From an uncultured Pseudomonadota bacterium (GTDB lineage: Bacteria; Myxococcota_A; Polyangia; Fen-1088), in the NCBI GenBank assembly GCA_963729535.1, contig CAVSOL010000017.1, positions 370,837 through 434,836 on the forward strand: a DNA stretch of 64,000 bases, in the 5' to 3' direction. Positions within the stretch are counted from its first letter, which is position 1. The number at the start of each line of letters is the position of its first letter. The translations under genes were made by a program, and so were the position numbers. The notes beneath the pieces are model-generated. The model saw only the letters and a program-made list of their open reading frames with translations, ran no database searches and was not told the DNA's origin. Below are positions 39,680 to 51,244 of the stretch, piece after piece.

Positions 39680-40801
39680 TCAGAGAGGCGAGGCGCAGTC
39701 GTAGAGCACGTTCACGGGCGGGGGCGCGGTCCGCGCGAGCGCGCCGCACACGTCGCCTTCGAGGACAACGCGGCTCGCGGCGGCGGCCGCGGTGTCCGAA
39801 CGAACGTCGGCACCGGATAGCACCTCGCAGCCGGCGGCGACTTTCGCCGCGTCCGGCGACGCGAGGGGGATCGGCAGCGTCGCCTCGCAGCGCGCGTCCA
39901 GGCCACCGAAGATCGCCGCCATCGTCGCCTCGACGTCGGCGGCCGTGACGCCGGGGTAGTACGCGCCGCCGGTTGTGGGGTTGGGCCGGCCTCCCGCCCG
40001 CGCGAAGTCGTCGAACGAGGTCGCGAGATCGCCGGTGCCCGGTAGACCGACGACGACCGTCGCGATCCCCGCGCCGGCGAGCGCGCGGATCTGCGCGCTC
40101 ACCGCCTGATCGTCCAGACACCACGCCGGCCCGTCCGCGCAACAGTTCCCGCCGCTCGTGCAGCGCGCTTCGAGGTTCGGGACGCAGCGGTCGGCGCCAC
40201 ACGCGCCCGTGTCGCCGCAATCCGGACCACCGCCCGCGATCAGCACCACGAACGTGTCGCCCTGGGTCGGCACGTCGACCTCGGTCAGATACTGCCGCGC
40301 GGTCGCGAGCGCCGCCGCCATCGGCGCTTCTCCCTCGGGCTGGCCGCTCAGCAGCACCTCGACGATGCGCGGCGCGCTGTCCGGGCCGATCGGCCCGCGC
40401 ACGGCGCTGTCCGCGGGGAGCAGGTAGCAGCAGCCTTCGCCGCAGCCATTGCTCATCCCCGACGGATATCCCAGCATCGCGAGCTCGACGTTCGCCCACG
40501 GTCTGTCGAGCGCCGCGGCCAGGCCAGTCGTCATCGCGACCCACGTGTTGTCCGTCGCGCCGGCCGGCACGCGCAGCAGGCGCGCCGACCGCTCGACCAC
40601 GAGCAGCACGTTCGCCCGGCGCGGGACGAACGGCCCCGCCACATCGCCGACCGCGCACGTCGCGTAGCCGCTCAGGTTCGGGCAACCCGCGATCGGCGTC
40701 AGCGGACCGCCGTCCGCGACGGTTTGCCGATCGCTTCCGCACGCGACCACGCCGGCCGCCCAGACGGTTGCGACGGCGACGCCCGCAATCCGGCACGACA
40801 T
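39680..40801 (-). CDS. VWA-like lipoprotein with degenerate MIDAS
   Basis: Lipobox VVAC; NVLLVVERSA, VVLIAGGGPDC and VVVGLPG..FARAGG. Confidence 0.7.
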   Translation of the reverse strand: MSCRIAGVAVATVWAAGVVACGSDRQTVADGGPLTPIAGCPNLSGYATCAVGDVAGPFVPRRANVLLVVERSARLLRVPAGATDNTWVAMTTGLAAALDRPWANVELAMLGYPSGMSNGCGEGCCYLLPADSAVRGPIGPDSAPRIVEVLLSGQPEGEAPMAAALATARQYLTEVDVPTQGDTFVVLIAGGGPDCGDTGACGADRCVPNLEARCTSGGNCCADGPAWCLDDQAVSAQIRALAGAGIATVVVGLPGTGDLATSFDDFARAGGRPNPTTGGAYYPGVTAADVEATMAAIFGGLDARCEATLPIPLASPDAAKVAAGCEVLSGADVRSDTAAAAASRVVLEGDVCGALARTAPPPVNVLYDCASPL

Positions 40802-40947
40802 CGTCGGGACGATATCACCCCAACTATCGGACGAACCGCGCCGCTGGCGATGTGTGTCGCCGGCTTCGGTGCGTCGGCGCGATCTAGGCAGGCGCGTTCA
40901 GATGGCCCTGGCGATCCGACGGCGTCGCGCCGGGAATAGGGGGTCTT

Positions 40948-42462
40948 ATGTCTTTCCGTCTAACGTGCTTACGCGTGCTGATCGCGGCCGGCGCGGTCGC
41001 GTTCCTCGGGTCGTCCTGCGGAGACAGCGGCGGCGGGCAGGCCGGGGCAGGGGGCAGCGCCGCAGGAGCTGCGGGCGGTGCCGCAGCCGGCATGGGCGGC
41101 ACCAGCGCCGGCCGTGGCGGAGCGAGCGCCAGCGGTGGTTCGGGAATCGCCGGCACGACCGGGCTCGCGGGTAGCGGCGCGGCAGCGGGCGGGAGCGCGC
41201 TCGCCGGCGCGGGTGGCACCAGCGGCGGGGCGGGGAGCGGCGGTGGGGGTAGCGGTGGCGGCGTTGGATCGGCTGGTAGCGGCGCACTCGGCGGCCGCGG
41301 CGGCGCGGCGGGGAGCGGCGGCGCGCCGGGCGGCAGCGGCGGCGCCGGGCGCGGCGGCAGCGGTGGTGTCGGCGGTGGCGCCGGGCGCGGCGGCAGCGGC
41401 GGCAGCGTCGGATCGGCAGGCACCGGCGGCGTCCCCAGCCTCCATCAGAAGTACGCGACCTTCTTCCCCATCGGCGCGGCGGTCGACGCCAACTCGTACA
41501 ACACGCACGCGGCGATCCTGACCAAGCACTTCAACAGCGTCACCGCCGAGGATCAGATGAAGTTCGACGCCCTCCAGCCCACGGAGGGGAGCTTCACGTA
41601 CACCACCGCCGATCGAATCGTGTCGTTCGCGCAGACCAACAACATGAAGGTGCGGGGCCACGCGCTGGTCTGGCACCGGCAGAACCCCGCCTGGGTGTTC
41701 GCGAACGCGTCGCGCGACGTGTTGCTCGCGCGCATGCGCAGCCACATCACGGCCGTCATGAACCACTTCAAGGGGAAGGTCTACGCCTGGGACGTCGTCA
41801 ACGAAGCGATCATGGACGACGGCCACTATCGCAACGGCGATGAACCCGCCGAGGACCAGAAGAGCAGCTGGCACAAGATCATCGGCGACAGCTACATCGC
41901 GGAGGCATTCAAGGCGGCGCGCGCCGCCGATCCCAACGCCAAGCTGTTCTACAACGACTACTACGACCACATCCCGGCCAAGCGCGACGCCATCTACAAC
42001 ATGCTCAAGGGCTTGCTCGAAAGCGGCGTGGTCGTGCACGGCGTCGGCATCCAGACCCACATCAACATCGAACCGTCGCCGGTCATGACCCACCAGGGCT
42101 ACCTGCAGACCGTCGCCAACCTCGAAGCGGCGATCGTCAAGTACGCCTCGCTCGGGCTGGAGGTGCAGGTCACCGAGATGGACGTGTCGCTCTACATCCC
42201 CGGCGTCATGTACACGAGCAGCATGTTCTACACCGCGGCGACGTTCACCGACGCCCTGCAGACGCAGCAGGCCGAGCGTTACCGCGTCTTCTTCGACATG
42301 TTCCGCGCGCACAAGGACGTGCTCACCGGCGTCACCTTGTGGGGTATCGCCGACGACAACACCTGGCTCTCGGAGTTCAGCTCAGGCCGCAAGGATTTCC
42401 CGCTGCTGTTCGACACCAACCACCAGCCCAAGAAGGCGTTCTGGTCGGTCGTCGGCTTCTAG
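40948..42462 (+). CDS. GH10 endo-1,4-beta-xylanase, lipoprotein
   Basis: VRGHALVWH, WDVVNE (acid/base), FYNDY, GIQTH, VTEMD (nucleophile) and PLLFD. Confidence 0.93.
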   Translation: MSFRLTCLRVLIAAGAVAFLGSSCGDSGGGQAGAGGSAAGAAGGAAAGMGGTSAGRGGASASGGSGIAGTTGLAGSGAAAGGSALAGAGGTSGGAGSGGGGSGGGVGSAGSGALGGRGGAAGSGGAPGGSGGAGRGGSGGVGGGAGRGGSGGSVGSAGTGGVPSLHQKYATFFPIGAAVDANSYNTHAAILTKHFNSVTAEDQMKFDALQPTEGSFTYTTADRIVSFAQTNNMKVRGHALVWHRQNPAWVFANASRDVLLARMRSHITAVMNHFKGKVYAWDVVNEAIMDDGHYRNGDEPAEDQKSSWHKIIGDSYIAEAFKAARAADPNAKLFYNDYYDHIPAKRDAIYNMLKGLLESGVVVHGVGIQTHINIEPSPVMTHQGYLQTVANLEAAIVKYASLGLEVQVTEMDVSLYIPGVMYTSSMFYTAATFTDALQTQQAERYRVFFDMFRAHKDVLTGVTLWGIADDNTWLSEFSSGRKDFPLLFDTNHQPKKAFWSVVGF

Positions 42463-42628
42463 AGCCGTTCAGCGTCAGGAGCGTGGCGGGCTCCTCTGTA
42501 GCTTCGCTTACGCTTCGCAAGTCCGTTAATTCCGCGGGCTTTTCCGTCGATGAACCCCGCACGTGTTCGACGTGATCGGGGCGGGCGGGTTGGCGAGCTG
42601 ATCGCGATGTTCTCGGCGGCAGCTCGGC

Positions 42629-43765
42629 TTGTCGATACCGCTCGCGCTCGCCGCGTGCGTGCTCGGCTGCGGCGCGCCCGCCGAAGTGCCGGAGCCCGGC
42701 GCCGTGTTGCTGCGCGTGAAGCTGAAGCCCGGCGCCCCGGTGCCCGACGAGCTTCGCGTCTCGGTCTACGACGACTCCGGTGCGCTGTGGCGCGACGTCC
42801 GCGTCCCCGAGCAAGGATCGCTCCCGTCCAAGAATTCGGGGCAGCTCGGGACCATCTTGATCCAGCCGGGCACGGCGGTCGGCGCCATCCGCGTTCACCT
42901 GCGGGGCACGATGGCGGGAACGCGTGTGCTGGATGGCCTGCTGAGGATCGCCAAGAACGACCGCGCCCGTGGCTCGTTCGACGTCACGCTCGACGCCGCC
43001 GAGCCGGCGGACGCCGACGGCGACGGCGTGCCCGACGAGATCGACGACTGCGTAGCGACCGCCAACGCCGCACAGGGCGGCTGCCCGGGCGGCACCGAAG
43101 ACGCGGGAAGCCCACCCGTCGATGCCGCGCCAGACGCGGACGACGACGCAGGCAGCGTGGTGGTCGACGCAGCGATCGACACAGCGGTCGACGCGGGCAC
43201 CGGCAGGGACGCAATCACCGGCACTGACGCCGTCACCGGCACTGACGCCGTCACCGGCACGGATGCGGGGACGGGCACGGACGCAGGCACCGACGCGGGG
43301 CCGACGTGCGCCTTCGCGGGCGGCTGCAACCTGCCGCGCGGGTCCGTGTGCGCCAACGACGAGCAGTGCGCGTCCAGCTTCTGCGTCGACAGAGTGTGTT
43401 GCGCGGACGCCTGCACGGGCAAGTGCCGAGCCTGCAATCAGCCCGGCAACGACGGCATATGCCTGGGATACGCCCCCATGACCGATCCGGAGCTCGAATG
43501 CACGAGCGGGATGAAATGCAACGGCGCAGGGGCGTGTGGTGCCGCGTCCTCCACCGGCAACAAGACAAACGGCGAGATCTGCTCCGCCGCCAGCGAATGT
43601 GGATCGCGCTTCTGCAAGGACGGCGTCTGCTGCAACAGCGCCTGCACCGGTGCGTGCCAGAGCTGCTCGACCGGGACCTGCACCTCGGTCACGCGCAATC
43701 AGGACGCTCCCGAGTGCGTCGCCCCGATGCGCTGCAATCCGTCGGGGAAGTGCGTCGGAACTTAG
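42629..43765 (+). CDS. Cys-rich surface lipoprotein
   Basis: Lipobox VLGC; DADGDGVPDEIDDC; DAVTGT repeats; two C.S.FC.D.VCC..AC.G.C..C modules. Confidence 0.78.
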   Translation: MSIPLALAACVLGCGAPAEVPEPGAVLLRVKLKPGAPVPDELRVSVYDDSGALWRDVRVPEQGSLPSKNSGQLGTILIQPGTAVGAIRVHLRGTMAGTRVLDGLLRIAKNDRARGSFDVTLDAAEPADADGDGVPDEIDDCVATANAAQGGCPGGTEDAGSPPVDAAPDADDDAGSVVVDAAIDTAVDAGTGRDAITGTDAVTGTDAVTGTDAGTGTDAGTDAGPTCAFAGGCNLPRGSVCANDEQCASSFCVDRVCCADACTGKCRACNQPGNDGICLGYAPMTDPELECTSGMKCNGAGACGAASSTGNKTNGEICSAASECGSRFCKDGVCCNSACTGACQSCSTGTCTSVTRNQDAPECVAPMRCNPSGKCVGT

Positions 43766-43953
43766 CTACGCGCGCACGGCGCGCATATACCGGCTGACCC
43801 TGGGTCGCGACCCCCGAGCCAAGCCCCCGTAAGCCGCCTGCGCAAATCAGATCCCGCGGGGGTTCGATCACGTCCCCGCCGTTGTGTCTCCATGGGGAGG
43901 ACACCAGGTTCCTGCGACGTCGAACGTCGACCGAGACAGGAGGAGAACGAACC

Positions 43954-45435
43954 ATGGCGGCCACGAAGAAACCGAACATTCTGATCCTTTGGGGTGACGA
44001 CATCGGCATCTGGAACTGCAGCTACTTCAGCCGCGGCCAGATGGGTTACCGAACGCCCAACATCGACCGCGTCGCCAACGAGGGCGTCGCGTTCACCGAC
44101 TACTACGGCCAGCAGAGCTGCACCGCCGGCCGCGCTGCTTTCATCACGGGGCAGAACCCGGTGCGCACCGGTCTGACCAAGGTCGGCATGCCCGGCGCCG
44201 CGATCGGCCTGCAGGCGGAGGATCCGACGATCGCCGAGTTGCTCAAGCCGCTCGGTTACGCCACCGGCCAGTTCGGCAAGAACCACCTCGGCGATCGCGA
44301 CGAGTACCTGCCGACCGTGCACGGCTTCGACGAGTTCTTCGGCAACCTCTACCACCTGAACGCGGAGGAGGAGCCGGAGCTGCCCGACTACCCCAAGGAT
44401 CCGGCGTTCAAGAAGAAGTTCGGCCCGCGCGGCGTGCTGCACTGCACGTCGGACGGCAAGGGAGGGCAGAAGGTCGTCGACACCGGCCCGCTGACCAAGA
44501 AGCGGATGGAGACCATCGACGAGGAGATCACGGACAGGGCGATGGAGTGGATGGAGAAGCAGGCCAAGGCCGATCAGCCATTTTTCCTCTGGTACAACTC
44601 GACCGCGATGCACTTCCGCACCCACCTCGCCGACAAGAACCGGGGCAAGAGCGGGCAGGACGACTACAGCGATCGCATGGTCACGCACGACGAGCAGATC
44701 GGGCAGATGCTCGCCAAGCTCGACGAGCTGGGCATCGCCGACAACACCATCGTCATGTACTCGACCGACAACGGCCCCGAGAACGACACCTGGCCCGACG
44801 GCGCCAACACGATCTACCGTAGCCAGAAGGACACCAACTGGGAGGGCGGCTGGCGCGTGCCGGCGTTCATCCGCTGGCCGGGCAAGATCAAGCCGGGCAC
44901 GGTGCTCAACGGCCTGGTCAGTCACCAGGACATGTTGCCGACGCTGCTGGCGATCGCCGGCGAACCGGACATCAGCAAGAAGCTGCTCACCGGCTACAAG
45001 GTCGGCGACAAGACCTTCAAGGTCCACATCGACGGCGAGAACATGCTGGACTACATCACCGGCAAGGAGAAGGAGAGCCCACGCAAGTCGTTCTTCTACA
45101 TGAGCGACGACGCCGAGGTGATGGCGGTCCGCATGGGCGACTGGAAGATGGTGGTGGGCGAACAGAGAGCCGAGCAGATGCGGGTGTGGATGGAACCGCT
45201 CGACAAGCTGCGCGTGCCGCTGATCTTCAACCTGCGGCGCGATCCATTCGAGCGCGCGCAGCACAACTCGAACACCTACTACGACTGGTTGATCAGTCAC
45301 GCCTTCCTGCTCTACGAGATGCAGGCGCTGGTGGCGGGGCAGATAGAGGGCTTCGCGAAGTACCCGCCCCGCCAGAAGCCGGCGTCGTTCAACCTCGACG
45401 CGGTGATGCGACAGGTGACGGCCCACGTCCAGTAG
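43954..45435 (+). CDS. Arylsulfatase (Cys-type sulfatase)
   Basis: AGGAGG RBS; PNILILWGDDIG, TPNID, SCTAGRAA, GKNHLG and TDNG. Confidence 0.95.
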   Translation: MAATKKPNILILWGDDIGIWNCSYFSRGQMGYRTPNIDRVANEGVAFTDYYGQQSCTAGRAAFITGQNPVRTGLTKVGMPGAAIGLQAEDPTIAELLKPLGYATGQFGKNHLGDRDEYLPTVHGFDEFFGNLYHLNAEEEPELPDYPKDPAFKKKFGPRGVLHCTSDGKGGQKVVDTGPLTKKRMETIDEEITDRAMEWMEKQAKADQPFFLWYNSTAMHFRTHLADKNRGKSGQDDYSDRMVTHDEQIGQMLAKLDELGIADNTIVMYSTDNGPENDTWPDGANTIYRSQKDTNWEGGWRVPAFIRWPGKIKPGTVLNGLVSHQDMLPTLLAIAGEPDISKKLLTGYKVGDKTFKVHIDGENMLDYITGKEKESPRKSFFYMSDDAEVMAVRMGDWKMVVGEQRAEQMRVWMEPLDKLRVPLIFNLRRDPFERAQHNSNTYYDWLISHAFLLYEMQALVAGQIEGFAKYPPRQKPASFNLDAVMRQVTAHVQ

Positions 45436-45453
45436 GCCGGCCTGACGGGCTGC

Positions 45454-46688
45454 ATGGAACAGAGCACGGATGGGGATGCCGTCGCCGAGAAGGTGCGAGC
45501 CTTCTACGAGCGGCATCCTTATCCGCCGCCCGTCGACAGCCTGGAGAAGTACCGCGTCGTCTGGCAGGACCGGAAGCGCCGCCGCGCCGACTTTCATGTC
45601 GCGTGGCCCGGCGGCGCCTACCGCGAAGATCAGTCGATCCTGATCGCCGGGTGCGGGACCTCGCAGGCGGCCAAACACGCGCTGCGCTGGCCGGCGGCGC
45701 GGGTGACGGGGATCGACTTCAGCGCGACCAGCGTCCGTCACACCGAAGCGCTCAAGCGCAAGTACGAGCTCGACAACCTCACCATCCATCAGCTCGCGGT
45801 CGAGCGCGTCGGCGAGCTGGGGATGACCTTCGACCAGGTCGTGTGCACCGGCGTTCTCCATCACCTCGCCGACCCGGCCACCGGGCTCGCGGCGCTGCGT
45901 GACGTGTTGCGGCCGGACGGCGCGATGCACCTGATGGTCTACGCGCCGCACGGCAGGACCGGCGTCTACATGTTGCAGGAGTTCTGCCGGCGCGTCGGCA
46001 TCGCCGCCACCGACGACGGGATTCGCGATCTCGTCGCCGCGCTGGGCGTGCTGCCGCCCGGCCACCCGCTGGGGACGCTGCTGCGCGAGGCGCCCGACTT
46101 CCGGCAGCCCGCGGCGCTGGCCGATGCGCTGCTGCACCCGCAGGACCGCGCCTATTCGGTGCCGCAGCTGTTCGACCTGCTCGCGGCGGCGAGGCTGACG
46201 TTCGGCCGCTGGGTCTGGCAGGCGCACTACAGCCCGCACTGCGGCGTCATGACAGGCATCCCCCACGCGGCGCGCATCGCGCAGCTCCCTGCGCCCGAGC
46301 AGTACGCCGCCGTGGAGCTGTTCCGCGGCACGATGCTTCGCCACAGCGTGGTCGTGTACCGCGACGACGGCGGCGGCGCCGCGCGCCAGCCGGACTTCGC
46401 CGGCACCGCCTGGCAAGGCTACGTGCCCATGCGAATGCCGGACACGATCTGCGTCGAGGACAACCTGCCCCGCGGCGCGGCCGCGGTGCTGATCAACCGC
46501 AACCACACGTACCGGGACATCTATCTGCCGATCGACCGCGGACGACAAGCGGCTGTTCGACCAGATCGACGGCACGCGCACGATCGCCGACATCGCGGGG
46601 CAGGGCGAGCAACAACGGGAGAGCGCGCGCGTCCTGTTCGAGCGGCTGCTACTGGCACGATCAGATCGCCTTGGACGCGTCCGGCTAG
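45454..46688 (+). CDS. Class I SAM-dependent methyltransferase (frameshifts near 3' end)
   Basis: FYERHPYP, ILIAGCGT, FDQVVCTGVLHH and DALLHPQD. Confidence 0.85.
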
Positions 46689-46747
46689 ATCTGTCGAGCC
46701 TCTCCCGCCCGCCGCCGCTATGCTCGCGGCCGAGGGAACGAGGACAG

Positions 46748-47591
46748 ATGCAGCCCGGACGCGAGAGTCAGACGGCCGTGATGGTGTGCATGGCGCGCGC
46801 CATCGCGCACGGCCGGACGACCGCGGGCGCCTTCGCCGATCCGACGGCGCTCGCGCTGTTGCCCGACGAAGCGCGGCGGCGCGTCGAGCGTTTTCGCGCG
46901 GGCGTGCCCAAGGGGCTCCGCGCGCGGCTCGCCTACGAGTTCCTCGACCGGCGGTCGAAGATGATGGTCGTCGCGCACGGTCGCGATCGACGAGGCCGTG
47001 CGCGCCGCCGCGTCCCCGCAGGTGGTCATCCTGGGCGCCGGGCTCGACGGGCGCGCCTGGCGGATGCCGGAGCTGCGCGACGTCACCGTGTTCGAGGTCG
47101 ACCATCCCGATTCGCAGCGCGTGAAACGGGCGCGCGTCGCGGCGCTGGCGCAGGTCGCCCGCGACGTCCGCTTCGTGCCGGTCGACTTCACGCGCGACAG
47201 TCTCGACGACGCGCTGGCGGCGGCCGGCCACGATGCGACGCGCCCGACGACGTGGATCTGGGAGGGCGTGGTCATGTACCTCGAGCTGGCCGACATCGAC
47301 GCGACGCTGTCCGTGATCGCGCGTCGCTCGGCGCCGCGAAGCCGCCTGGTCGTGATGTACTTCCGCCCGGCGCTGATGTCGTGGTTCGTCGGCTTCATCG
47401 TGCGCCGCGCCGGAGAGCCGTTCCGCTCCGCGTTCACGCCCGACCAGATGAGCGCGCTGCTGCGCAAACACGGATTCACGGTCACGCGCGACGAGAACCT
47501 GCCGGCCATCGCCGGCCGGTTGTCAGCCGAGCTCGCCCGAGCGACGCGGCCCATGAAGCACATGCAGATCGCGACCGCGGATCGCCCGTGA
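46748..47591 (+). CDS. LCM-family SAM-dependent methyltransferase (frameshift near 46975)
   Basis: SQTA..ARA, FADP.A, QVVILGAGLDGRAWR, FEVDHP and WEGVVMYL. Confidence 0.87.
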
Positions 47592-47683
47592 CGTCGACCA
47601 CGCCGCGGTTTTCCTCCGGTCTTTCGTGCCGGGGTGATACCCTAGCGGCGAGCGGGGTAGGGATGTCCTCGAGCTGTCTCCAG

Positions 47684-49648
47684 ATGCGCGTCGCGATGAG
47701 GCTCGGCATCGGTCGTTGCCGCGCTGCTGTCGGCCTGCACGCTCGACGGCCCGACACAAGGACCGGCTGCAACAGCAGCAGCGACTGCCTCGGCTGGATA
47801 CATGTGCAACGCCTCCAAGCATTGCGTACGGGCGAAATGGCGGCGGGAACGGTGGGAATGGCGGAGCGGCAACATCGGCACGGGCGACGTCGGTCCTCCC
47901 CCGCGTATGTGCCCGGCCTCCGCGGTCACCGCCTGTCCGCCCGCCGACGCCGGCACCGGTTGCGAGGAGACCGTTTGCGGCGGCGGGCGCATCTGGCAAG
48001 AGGGGATAATGAGGTCGGTGTTCGTCCCCTATCAAATCGATAGATCCGCAGGGAGATGTTCTCGCCGGCCTACGTGACCGCGATTCGCGCGGGCGCCGAA
48101 GCGTGGAGCCGGGCGAGCGCGGGCTTCGTGAGGTTCCAGGAGTGCACCGTTCCTGCGCAGGCCCGTTCATCTCTGTCGTGCCCGACGACGGCGACGGCAT
48201 CACCAACCCGGAGTCAACGGGGGAGCAGCTCTTGCCCATGCCCGTCGTGGGCAGCGACGATCGGATATCGCCGCACCGGATCGCCCACCAGTGGGGTCAC
48301 GCCCTCGGTCTGGCGCACACGTATGAGCGCGCGGATCGCGATCGTTACATGCGGTTCGATCCGGCAGATCTGGTGTCCACCCGGCGGTTCCGGGTTGCCG
48401 CCCCGCTGCGCGGCTGGCCCGGGGCCCGTACGGGCTGCCCGCCGTCACGACCGGCACGTTCGGCGTGTTCGACGAAACATCGAAGATGAACGGCTTTCTC
48501 AAGCGAAGGCCTGTGCGCCGCGGAGCGAGCCCGACGCAGGATTCCAACGAGCCGACGATCGGCGACGTCTCCGCCATGGCGGAGCTGTTCTTCGGGGTGA
48601 CGTCGGCTGGTCGCCGTTCCGGCCCATCGGGCGATCGGTGTCACCCACCCAGCCGCTCGACTACCAGCTGGCGCCGGGCGTCGATCCGGTGGGCTCGCCT
48701 GCGATCGCGGCGGTCAATGAGTCGACGCTATGCCAGCCCGGAGATCTTCGTCCGTGGAACCGACGACCGCGTCTACACGACGACGCGAAGCGATCCACTA
48801 CCTCACCACGGCGGAGTGGGTCGAATGGACGCCGATCGTGGAGCGGCGTGGACGGCGATCCCGCCGCGGTGTTTGCGACGCTTGTCGCCCAGAGCAGACG
48901 CTGTTTCTCGCCGTCCGATCCCGGGAGGACGGGAACATTCGCCTGCGCGCCCGCCGCGGAGGCGAGTGGGGCAGTGGAAGGTGCTCGGAGCGCCGCCCGC
49001 GGGCGCCGCGTCCGCGCCCGCGCTCGCGTCGGAGAGCCCTGTATTCGCTCGCAGTCTTCGTGCGCGGGGGCGACGGGCTCATCTATTGGCTGTCCTGCAG
49101 GGATGCGCCGGAGGACTGCGACGATCAGCGCTGCGCAAGCCCGAGCGCCTGGACGGCGCTCCCGCCGCCACCATCGGGCATCTTCGTGGGCAAGCCGTCC
49201 GCGGTCTGGCTGGCTCAGCAAACCGGGCTCACGGTCGCCGCGATCCGCGACGATCGCGTCGCCATGTACATCACCGGCATCAACAGCGGCGGGACCGCGT
49301 GGCGTGCTCGCCGACCACCTCAATGTCGATCTCGATCCCGACGATCCGGATCCCGGCGTCGCGATCGCGATGATCCGCAGACGCCCGGCGAGCTAGCCTT
49401 CTTTGCCCGCAACCGACGGCGCCTTCTCGTCAACGACACGCTGGCAACAGACGTACTTTCCTATCGGCGGCGTGCTCGCTTCGCCCCCCGCCGCGGTTGC
49501 CATCTACCATGGCCCTGTCCGGACGGACGTCGCCGCGATCATCGACGACCACGGGCGTCCCGGCGTCTGGTGGCGATTCAACGACGCAGGACTACAAGGC
49601 CCCCTGCTACGACGACCCGGGCGCGTGCGCCCAGTGCGGCGCGCGTGA
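47684..49648 (+). CDS. Astacin/M12-like metalloprotease domain (HQxxHxxGxxH) plus lectin-like beta-propeller repeats; many frameshifts
   Basis: VPY.I, AHQWGHALGLAHTYERADRDRY; repeats IFVRGTDDRVY and VFVRGGDGLIYW. Confidence 0.6.
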
Positions 49649-49651
49649 ACG

Positions 49652-50305
49652 CTACTGCTTGCTCAGGATGATGTCGCCGACGACCTTCATCATCGTCCCC
49701 GAGTCGAACTCGAGCAGGTGCAGCGAAGAGCCCTTCACGCAGTAGGGGCTGGTCTGCGCGCCGTCGCTCCCGTGACCGTCAGCGTCGTCCCGGACGTCGC
49801 CCATGTTCCGGTGTCGTTGATGGTGTCGATGGTCTGCGCCAACGTGCAGGTGCATGCGCTCGAGCCGGCGCAGGTCACCGCGGTGACGCCGTTCGTTCCG
49901 ACGAGGGCGCCCTGCAGGACCGCGCCCAGGTCAGACGCAGCTCGCGCCGTTGGTGCAGGCTGCCGGGAAAATGAGGTCGAGCGTCGAGTCCACCGTCAGC
50001 GTGCCCGTGAACATCATGTCGGCGGTGAAGGCGAGCGTCCCGCTAGGCGTCAGGCTCACGTTACCGAGCGACGCGTCCGGACAGGAACCCGCGACCCCGG
50101 CCAAGAACTCCATGTTCAACGTCGCCTGGTCGATGCAGGAGCTGCTCGCCTGCCAGTTACCCACGACGTCGCCGCCGCATGGAGCTCGTGCCGCACGGTT
50201 CCGCCGTCGCCGCCGCACCCCGCCGCCGCGAACGACAGCGCGAGCCCCGCGAGCGTCCGACACCAACGACCTTGATTTCCACACCGCAACGAGCTCCGAT
50301 GTCAT
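49652..50305 (-). CDS. Hypothetical Cys-containing lipoprotein (frameshifted)
   Basis: PCGGDVVGNW..C and C-terminal PYCVKGSSLHL in different frames. Confidence 0.6.
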
Positions 50306-50382
50306 GGGCTCGACGCTCGCGCGAGTCGACCGCGCGTCAAGCGGGCGGCCGTCACGACAGGCGCCAGGCGTTCAGGTCGCGG

Positions 50383-51244
50383 TCACGACAGATGGCGGAC
50401 CTTGTCGGGATTGCGGACCGAGTAGATCGCCACCACCGCGCCGCCCGCGATCTCGACCGCCAGGGTCTCTGTCCCCTGCGCCGTCTGGAACACGAAGCCC
50501 GGTAGGCCGTTGATCGTCGCCGGCTCCGCGCGCTGGGCGGAGAAGGCGCCTTCGCCCTTGGCCCGCAGACCGGCGAAGAACCGCAGGATCCTGTCCTTGC
50601 CGACGATCGGATTCAGGGCCGTGCGCCGCTTGCCGCCGCCGTCGGAGTAGAACACGGCGCCGTCCGCGAGCAGGCGCGCCAGGCCGCCCACGTCGCCCGT
50701 CGCGGCGGCGATCACGAAGGCGTCCGCGAGCTTGCGGGCCTCGGTGTCGCTCGTCGGGTAGCGCGCCCGATCCTGGCGGACGTGCTCGCGGGCGCGCGCG
50801 GCGAGCTGGCGGCAAGCGGCCTCGCTGTGGTCGAGCGTCTCGCCGACGGCCGCGTAGTCCAGGTCGAAGACGTCGTGGAGCAGGAACGCGGCGCGCTCGA
50901 GCGGCGACAGGCGCTCGAGCGCGAGCAGCAGCGCGACCGACAGATCATCGGCCAGCGTCTGGGCGGGCGCGGCGACGACCGGCTCGGGCAACCACGTGCC
51001 GACGTAGTGCTCGCGCCGGTGGCTGGCCGACTTCATGCGATCGAGGCACAGCCGCGACACCACGCGCGCGAGGTACGCGCGCGGCTCTGCGATCGCCGCG
51101 CGGTCGACCTCGCGCCAGCGAAGGAACGCGTCCTGGATGACGTCCTCGGACTCGGCGACCGAGCCGAGCATGCGATACGCCAGGCCGGTCAGGAACGACC
51201 GGTGCGGCTCGAAGTCCGCCACGCCGTCGGACGCGCTCGGTCAT
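50383..51244 (-). CDS. ECF41 (SigJ-like) sigma factor with SnoaL-like C-terminal extension
   Basis: LAYRMLGS..EDVIQD, YVGTWLPEP, DGGG and VRNPDK motifs. Confidence 0.93.

Noticed and set aside
40875-40891. GG-N10-GC upstream of the GH10 gene as a sigma54 promoter
   Set aside because: Poor match outside the dinucleotides; expected by chance at this GC content.
43762-46593. Very long antisense/shadow ORFs (also 9738-11945, 24688-26724, 27045-29510, 9260-11338)
   Set aside because: They lie opposite or out of frame to well-supported genes and give Arg/Pro/Ala-rich translations typical of stop-poor high-GC DNA.
43954-47591. Sulfatase plus two methyltransferases as a biosynthetic cluster
   Set aside because: No scaffold-forming enzyme, precursor peptide or transporter is nearby.
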